A DNA stretch of 60,300 bases, counting the filler, from Gonapodya sp. JEL0774 (Eukaryota): the NCBI GenBank assembly GCA_027604505.1. It is 14 parts of 14 records of this genome, joined end to end, with 100 filler letters (N's around TTAATTAATTAA, not from the genome) between each part and the next. Parts side by side here need not be neighbours in the genome. Positions count along the whole stretch, not along the records: positions 51,822 to 56,012 come from JADIIX010001022.1; positions 56,113 to 60,300 come from JADIIX010001023.1; 12 more parts are not named here. One strand, written 5' to 3'. The notes under the pieces were generated by a model that saw nothing but the letters and a program-made list of their open reading frames with translations, was not told where the DNA came from and made no database searches. Positions 52,338 through 60,300 of the stretch are shown here, one piece after another (positions within the stretch are counted from its first letter, which is position 1; each line of letters opens with the position of its first letter). A program made the translations under genes and the position numbers.

Positions 52338-53689
52338 TCACCTCATCACCTCCGGCCACTCCGGCACGTACTCGGGAACGTACTCGACCTTTCCCGTGTC
52401 GAACACCTCGATGAACTGCTGGTCCATGGCGCGCTCTTTCGGCTGGGAGAAGCGGCGGTACTCGGCGAAGGAGGACGTGAGCGACCAGCCTTGGAGTTTG
52501 CGGAGGCAGCCGATCAGGCAGCCGGTGCGGTGCTGGGGGTGGTAGGGATGTGAGGAGCAGAGTGGGGTAGGGTGATGGGTGATGTAAGTGGGCATAGGCA
52601 GGGGACGGGAAGGGGAAGAGGGTTCTTCGTACCTTGCCCTTGTTGCAGTGGATAAGGATGCTGGAGGGTCAGGATCGGAGAGAGCCAAATATCGTCAAAT
52701 CCTTCCAGAAGCAAGCTTTCTGGGAGACTCAGCAAGGAAAGGCTTGATACTCACGGGTGGTTTCGCTTGTCTTCATCCATCGTAGCGCCCGAAATAGAAT
52801 CAAAGGCCGTCAACAAGTCGGGGTCTGCGAGAAAGAACGGTACAAAAGTACCACGCCATGAGCGAGATTTCTCACCAAGAATAACCGTGAGTGCTTGTGC
52901 GATGACGTCTTCCGGGCTGAAGACACGGGTGGTTGCGACAGTCAGCTGGGCGGAATGGGGTGCAGATGGCGAAGGGGAAGGGAGGGGTGCTCACATGTCC
53001 ACGAAGGGCTCCTGGAAGCCAGTATCAGGACAGTAAGTAAAATAAATGAATGATGTTCCGCAGAATCATGGAAGGGAACGCTGGGCTTTCCTTCCTCGCC
53101 CATCCAACTGCTCCAAACACTCGCGATAATTTCCAAGGCTCCACCCACCTTGTTCCCCGCGACGCCGAACTGGAACAGCTTCACCCCGTTCTCGTTCAGA
53201 AATTTGAGGTTTTGCTCGGGGTATTCCTCGAGTATGAGAGTTCTTGGAGGTTGGGTGATTGGTGATTGGAACCCCAATGCGACGGGGAGTTCGAGGAGGA
53301 GTGGTGAGATAGTGAAGGATCCAGCAAGCGACAGACGGAATACGCCGTACTCACAAAACAGATTTGAGACCGAGCTTTTTCATGAACTGTCGGATTCAAA
53401 TCAAAGTTCCGAAAACCATGAGCTGTCACGATCCGCCCTCCGGCCCTCCTCTCCCCCGACCTCCCATATGCATCCACCAACATACTGCAAAGTTCTTCTT
53501 CTTGGGGAACCCGGACCTGTAGACTCCCTTACAGACCAGCGCGAAGTTGTCCATGGGGACCAGTTCTGGTTCGGTGTCGGCAGCGTTGATGACCGAGGCG
53601 GACAAGGGCGGGGTGGAGAAGTCGAAGGAGGGACGGAAGGGGGACGAGGGAGGGCGGGTCAGGGAGAGAGGGTGGTGGGACTTGGACAT
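52338..53689 (-). CDS. SIW14: SIW14/OCA-family (PFA-DSP) inositol pyrophosphate phosphatase
   Basis: [61 protein letters not shown], EYRRF...DQQFIE. Confidence 0.92.
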
Positions 53690-53844
53690 TGCAAGTGGAG
53701 GGGGATTGGGAGCCTTTGATCTGAATATCGGTCTGTTGATTGTCGCGGTGGAATGTGACCACAGTTTCCGAAACAACCGCACGACAACACGAAGTGGCGC
53801 TCACACTAGCTTCTCGTTCTAAACGAATATTCAAGTGCGCGACT

Positions 53845-55523
53845 CTAAATATCCAAATTCCTCCAAAACTCTGTCTCCACATCCACAACTCTCCGTTCCC
53901 TTCGCGCCAGATCAATCGCCAGCGCCGTTACCGCCGCCACATACATGTCCTTGATCGTTGCGGAGTGGTCGGAAGTGGTTGCTGTTTTGGGGGGCTCATC
54001 AACCGGTTGCCGCGACATGTCACTGTTTCCAGCCGAGGGAGGGGCGGACGGTGCAATGGTATCCCACTCCTTGCCGACCGCACACACCTCCTCCCACAGT
54101 TTCACAATCATGTGATGATCTCCTCCACCATGCAAGTCCGAAGACTTTTGCTCGGCATTGCCTGTGAGATCGGCAGCACCGCGGGGAGCTGCCCCCGAGA
54201 TTCGCTTGGCCTCGAGATCTCCAGTCTTCAAATCGGCGAGAACGGTTCCCTCAAGACCACAAAGAAACAGTCGGCGTTGGCGGATAGCGGAAAAGGAATT
54301 GAGGTGGAACGTTGTTCGCGCACCGTTTCTGGTGATCGGAAGAATGAGGATGAGTCAGATTCACATTTGACGGTGAGTCCCTAAGGAATAGCTGCAGCGC
54401 TAACGTACCTGTACTCAATTATTGCCACGAGATTATCCTCAATGTCACCTCCGGCAGTGAACGGACTCTCCACAGGTGGATGCGTGGGCCAATGCCGAAA
54501 CAATCCCGCGCTCCGACCCTCCCCCAGTTCTTCATCAGCCTCCGCAGCCAACTTCGCCGCCACCTCGGCATTCTCTTCCTTAAAAATATCGAGCCCCCCA
54601 AACGCCGCAACTCGAACGGGTACACTTCCAACCAACCAAGCCATTACGTCCAAGTCGTGACAAGACTTCTCAAGAATGTTGGGACCTGCGAGGGCACCGA
54701 AGCGCCGCCAATTTCGGAAAATGTAGCTGCCATGCTCCCGACCCAATATCTCGTTGAATTCACAGCTGATAATTTTGCCGGTCAATGACTCTCTGTGGAT
54801 GAGGGTGTGGATGCGCTGGTACAGAACTGCATGCCGCAACACGAATCCAGTAACGAATCGGGGAACAGGAATGCCCGCCTCAGCTGCCTGCCGTTGAGTT
54901 GCCAGAACGGTGTCGTAAATAACTTTGCAGTCCTCAATTGTGGTGGCGAGTGGTTTCTCGCAGAAGATGTTGTAACCGCAAGTAAGCGCGGCAACACAAT
55001 CAGGGCGATGGGTGATGTTGGTCGAGGCGATTAAACACCACTTGTTCCATGTTCCGCTCGAGGTGGAAGGGACCGCCCCACTAGATTCCTGTTGTGCCGG
55101 ATCGGTGACTTGTCTCTCATTAGGCAGAGCCAAAGCCTGTATTCGATCCTTTTGACCGTCCTCTCCTTCCCGCAATACAAATTTTTCGACGATCGTGGTT
55201 TCTTGTGCTCCCGAAATGAACAAATGCGCCTGCAAGTCGCTAGCAGCGGTGTCCACAGCCATCCGACTACTGTCCGCGAGCACGACCCGTCCGATCGCTC
55301 CCCGCGATAAACCGATGAGAAGAGGGAGAATCGACATAGCGCGCTGTCCACATCCAAAGACCACGAAGTTGACCGGTGGGCCTTCGTACGTCACGGGAGG
55401 GGGAGCGCCCTGCGGTCGTTCGAAGGGGCGGAAGACCTTGAATGATGGCTTCGGTTCATCAATCTTTTTGCCAAAGATTCGTGATAGAGACGAAAAGGCC
55501 ATTTCAATCTTCGAAGTGCTCAT
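53845..55523 (-). CDS. Gfo/Idh/MocA-family NAD(P)-dependent oxidoreductase, one intron
   Basis: VFGCGQRA, IFCEKPLA, GFVLRH, HGSYIFRNWRR, LEKSCHDLD, HGGGD. Single intron near 54330-54407. Confidence 0.92.
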
Positions 55524-55887
55524 CTCGGTTGTCCAGAACCCCACCTAAAGAGAGCGCGCAGTTCTGCCGAGAGTGGCCACATCCGCCCCAGCTCCAATTT
55601 ATCCAGAATGATCGTCGCTGGTGTTTCTCTACCGGTTGAAAAGCATAGTTGTCCTATTACAGTGATTCATGTATGTTGAAGCTCATAAGAGCGTGGTGCA
55701 CGCCGGGTCAGAACGAGCAAGAACTGGTGTACTTAACTCATACACTGCATGTTTGTATTCTCGCGACAGTCGCCCGTCATGCCGTTGAAGCTCATGATAT
55801 GGCGTTTTATTCATAATTCATACGGTGCTGCTGTTGGACAAACACACAAGTGACCTCGTCCTCCACACAAAGTACTTTCGCGAAACG

Positions 55888-56012
55888 ATGCCGACACTGG
55901 CATCATTTTCGCCGCCCGGATTCAAGAAATTTTCTTCGCCAGTATCGCTTGTTTCGTCAATCTCGCAACGTTTCAACGAAACCGCCTCGGCCGTCGGACT
56001 ACGAAACGGAAA
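55888..56012 (+). CDS. Possible 5' end of a gene, truncated
   Basis: ATG ORF open to the contig end, divergent from the oxidoreductase. Confidence 0.3.
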
Positions 56013-56112
56013 NNNNNNNNNNNNNNNNNNNNNNNNNNNNNNNNNNNNNNNNNNNNTTAATTAATTAANNNNNNNNNNNNNNNNNNNNNNNNNNNNNNNN
56101 NNNNNNNNNNNN

Positions 56113-56407
56113 GGGTGGATGCGATGGAGGTGAGGTTTGGTGCGCGGTTGGCCTGGCGCGGGTCGGTCTGTGGACTAATCTCGCATCCCGGAACCCCGGG
56201 CCCCCCCGCGCCCGTTCCGCCTTCTAGCTCGCGACCCAAGGTTTCCAGTTCGTTCCCTTCATCGACTCCTCTGGATCTTTGTGGGGCGCCACGATGTGCA
56301 CCTGGTGTGGCTGCGTGGTGCTGTTTTGGAACCCGGAGATGGCGGGGAAGACCAGGCAGACGCACGAGGAGATGGGCGGGAAGGGGTGTTGGTTTTTGGA
56401 GGGGTGA
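56113..56407 (+). CDS. 3' end of gene with BIR-like (C3HC) zinc-binding domain
   Basis: Last exon 56228-56407: LATQGFQF...CTWC...W...H...CWF*. This frame is not in the supplied ORF track. Confidence 0.6.
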
Positions 56408-56694
56408 GGAGTGTGCGGGAGGTGAACGGGGAAAGACGACAGGTGGGCAGCGTAGAGGAGGTGCAACACGGTTGTTTCTTATATGGGAGAGTGAGCGTGG
56501 ACGCATTTGGATTTCCAATAACCCCATTTCACAACAAAAAACGTAAATACACAAATGAATATTATCGTGCGAACTGCGATTACTGTACAGGGTATTTCGT
56601 CGACGTCCCGCTCGTGGATCGTGACGGTGGCCGGTCAGTTTTCCGGAGTACGGTCTCAACCCCGCCGTTCCCCCGAGGACCGCGGTTCAGTGAT

Positions 56695-57547
56695 TCAGTA
56701 CGACCCCAAATGTGTGGCGACCATGTCCTCAATGAAGGCCATTTCGTCCATGTCGGTGTCGTCGTACGCGTCTGGCGGGGGTTCTGGTGATGCGAACATC
56801 CAGAGCAGAGGTCCGTGGTGGGTACATCAACATCAGAACCCGAACGGTTATTTGAGGCCACACTTCAGCGCTATCAACAAAAGTAACAAGAGCATCACCT
56901 TCTTGTTCCGCCTCCGTCCCTCCACCCACCAGCTCACTCTCCAGGTCCGCCTGCAGTGTTGTGTAAAACAGCCCGTCCCTCTCCGCGTCCAGCTGGTCCT
57001 GCTCGTACAGCGCGGCTGCAAAGTCGGGATCAGCTTCGCTACCTGTGGATTCGAGGTACTGGTGCCGGAAGGAGGCCCATTCTTCTCGGAGGATGCGGTC
57101 GATCATGTGCTTATTATACACATGACCACCCGCGGTTGGAAAGTGGAGGAAGAAGGGCGGATCAGAGCGTAAATTCCAGTTCGACGCTACATCTATCTAT
57201 TACGAGCTCACCTGTTCCTCCTCGCGCTCCCTCGCCTTCGAATCACCCTCCTCGCGGTCCACATCCATTCCTCCCACGTCGCCCTCATCCCACCCATCGC
57301 TGCTCCCCACGTCCTCCGAAACCCCCCGCCGTCTCCGCACGATCTCGTCGCGTTCGTGTTTTGCCCGATCCAGACATTGTTGGCGGAATCGGCGGCGCCA
57401 GGCGGAGTGTGGGTCGGAGGAGGATGAGAACGAGGGTTTGGAGGGCGTGAAGGCGGGTCCACGGGGTTTGATGGGCGTCCGGTGAGATGGCTTCCACGAG
57501 TCGGGAGGCGTCGTGAAGGTGAAGGGCATCGCGCTGTTGGGGAACAT
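56695..57547 (-). CDS. RPA-interacting protein (RPAIN/RIP) N-terminal-like protein
   Basis: HRTPIK...WRRRFRQQCLDRAKHERDEIVRRRR; ILREEWASF; acidic last exon. Confidence 0.55.
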
Positions 57548-58019
57548 AAAATGTTGGGGGGGGTGAGGAAGTGAAGTTCGCAACTGTGGACTTATATCAG
57601 AGAGCACGCGAGTCCCAAAACATCGTTTCTGTTCCTGTTTCCCGCCTTTGACAAACAGTTTCTAACAGTTTCTGGATTCTATCTGAAAGTCGTACAAAAT
57701 CTCTGCTCACCTCAAACCGTGCGGTTGACTGGGGGTACAAAGAACTACGCATGGCGCATTAACCGCATGTGTTCAGAGAAAATTAAAGCTTACAAGGACA
57801 TTATTGCTAGTACTGTCCTTAGTATCGCTGGCGTACTTTCCGAAATGTTGGACGATCTCGGGTCCGTACCTGCCACGTTCACACCTCGCGAGAGCTTGAA
57901 ACGTGTCTGTTTGTCCGTTCCGTCGTGATGTTAAAATCAAGCCGTCCTTCGCGCTCTTATCGTGCCATTTCAAATTCTTCAAGCTCTTCAAGCTCTTGGC
58001 ACTACTACTCTGCACCTCG

Positions 58020-58349
58020 ATGCTACCTCGGACCCCGCTGTTGGGCTCGACACTTTCCTCTTCATTGCGTTCCCGCGCTTCGGACGTCCACCAAGCCGTT
58101 CGCATGACCTCATCAAGTTCGAATGATCAGACTCCATGGTATCGTACCACTCGTGGTAAATGGATAATTGGGGGGCTCATCATTGGCGACATCGTGTTCT
58201 TGGAAGTCGGGTACAACATCTGGAACAAACGTACGTCATGTGTTCAACATCCTCTCTACCTTGCATCTAATTGAGTCAATCACTTGATTGTGTCAGCAAA
58301 GCCGATTGCGACTGAAGAAGTTGGCGGGGAGGTGGAGGGCCCATTATGA
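58020..58349 (+). CDS. Small single-TM protein with mitochondrial-presequence-like N-terminus
   Basis: MLPRTPLLGSTLSSSLRSR...KWIIGGLIIGDIVFLEVGY, GTACGT...CAG intron, ends EGPL*. Confidence 0.5.
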
Positions 58350-58499
58350 TGAGAGAAATGGGGAGATGACATTCATAGTGACGCAAACTTTTGCAGTATC
58401 ATGGAGTTATATATAATGTTGTCGTTTTGCTTATTGTAGTGATCGCAGCAAAGATACAGCTGTAAACGACGTGGAAGCCATGCTGCGCGGGATGACATG

Positions 58500-59784
58500 C
58501 ATAATCATCGATCGCACTGTGTGAACATAGTAAACTTCGTCTCGCGAACCAGCTCTGTTCTCGTAGCATTACCGTAGGTCACTCTATTCTTATTCCTGAG
58601 ATCTTGAAGAGGCGCTGCAAGAGCACGCATGGGGGAATAACATGTATTCGCAATTTATCGATGGATCAACGTCATAATGTCCAGCTACTCCGGTTTTACT
58701 ATGCTTGCAAACCAGTTCCCAACTTTTTAAGCTTGAATCCGGACGGATCAAGCGCGAAGGGGTGAAAGACGTTATTATGCATGTACATTATATTGCGTCT
58801 ACAGCGTGCGCCACGAGATAAGTACGCCGGTGTACGTGGAACGAAGGATTAAAGAGTCTCTGAAATATTTTGGTAGTAGCACGTTGAGATAAGAAAGCCT
58901 TGCAACGACATTCAGTACCTCCAAAGACTGCTGATGGGACGACGGAGAATGTGTGACTCAATCATCCGCTTTTTCGGATTTGGAGGGCGACGAATTAAAA
59001 CATAACGAGCTCACATTGCTTTGAAAGCACGTTTTTGATAGATGGTCGTTTCATCTGTTGATGACGTTGACTTTGACTTGGAGCTCCTTGAGCGCAATAC
59101 TTTCGAGGACAGATGCACATGTGTTGACGAAGCGTCTTTTGCGACATGTCAACTGTAAATTCAGAGGTTATCTGTTCTATGAAACTCAAAGTCTACTCAC
59201 GGATGCTTCAAAATCAAGGGAGAAGCTACTTCAGCAGTTTGACGATTCAGTAGTTTGCAGAACTCTGATGGCCGATGCCTAGCAACGTCGAGTCAATACA
59301 TGAACCATTTCAGATGTCATTTGCAGTTGAAACACTGAATATTGGGGATTGAAGACTCAGATCAGTTCCTGCTCACATTTTTGATCGAGTCAACGTGTTT
59401 GGCTGGGATGGTCGTTCGGTTGGATCGTCGATAGCCTTGACCCACTCGTCTCTTCCACCATTCACTGCAGAATGTGGATATGTGGTGTTTAGGGTGTGGT
59501 AAGTAATATCAAAAGTTGAGCATTTCGTAAAGTATGTTGAGGGTACCTTTGTTCACGTTCCGTGCACGCAGATCCTCTTTCAACAACTCACCGCGAGGTC
59601 CGAAGCCAGAGACGGGTGACTGAACATATATTTCTGCAGTGTTATTAGCATTGGGCCCACTTTCATGTGAGAGGAAGCTCTCGAACGCCACAAGAGTCAC
59701 CAACACGACCAGTCCGAGAGCACCCAGAGCCAGGAGGACGAGCTGCCTTCTAGAACATCAAAGTCGTAGATTTGAGATGGACAT
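58500..59784 (-). pseudogene. Decayed type II membrane protein gene
   Basis: MSISNLRL*CSRRQLVLLALGALGLVVLVTLVAF has TGA at codon 9 (59758-59760); downstream frames are broken. The 3' limit is uncertain. Confidence 0.35.
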
Positions 59785-60300
59785 AAGTTTGTTGAGAGGG
59801 GAGCGAGCGGCGAATCGAAGAGATCAGTTCGAATCACCTTGAGAGAACTGCGCATGCGAACGGGATGATCCGTCTGATTCGCCTGCGGGAAGACACAACA
59901 GTCCGCATTTTGCTTTGAATATCAAGATTGAGCAGACTGGAATGTCCTTGACGTCAAATCTGATGGCAGGCTGGTCAAAGAAGGTCGAATAAATCGCGGG
60001 TCACAGACAGAAGGACCCGCTGCAACCAAGTGGACGACGGTGGACTCGCGTTGAGATAGAACTCTGTGAAGAGAATCTCGAAAGGGGGTGCTGATATTCG
60101 AATTTAATTGAGGTATGGGTGGTGTGGATCTCGGCGCAAAGGACGTACGGCGGCCGGGCTCTATCGATGGAGAGCAAAACAAGAAGTCCAACCAAAAACG
60201 TGGCTTTCGATTCCTCAATATTCTCTTTCTCGAGTAACCTGGTTCGCGCTACATTAACATGTTGATCTAGTCTGGCTGTCTGCCGCTGCGCACTGGAAGT

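Overview
This window is not one locus. It is 14 unrelated contigs of about 4.2 kb (4233 down to 4188 bp, in descending length) joined by artificial 100-bp linkers (N44-TTAATTAATTAA-N44). The DNA is from an intron-rich eukaryote with short GT/GC-AG introns and fungal-type genes. An early-diverging zoosporic fungus (Gonapodya/Monoblepharidomycota-like) is my inference, not a tested assignment. Recognisable genes: PhoD-like phosphatase, TRA2-like SR protein, hAT transposase, HpcH/HpaI aldolase, a DapB/2,4-diaminopentanoate-dehydrogenase-like oxidoreductase, a UBX5/UBXN7-like fragment, ARP1, a membrane RING-H2 ligase, PUB1, SIW14, a Gfo/Idh/MocA oxidoreductase, RPAIN-like and BIR-like fragments, plus pseudogenes and CpG-decayed transposon relics. 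Best leads: (1) a candidate autoregulatory poison-exon module in an unusually long GAAGAC-rich TRA2 intron; (2) an intronless giant-virus-like ORF next to a transposon-like end; (3) three bacterial-type enzyme genes carrying spliceosomal introns (candidate horizontal transfer); (4) CpG-free repeat relics suggesting 5mC-driven decay; (5) two divergent copies of one locus differing by microhomology-flanked deletions. No multi-gene novel system can be shown, because adjacency across linkers is meaningless. Family calls come from motif recognition by eye and exon boundaries were read manually.
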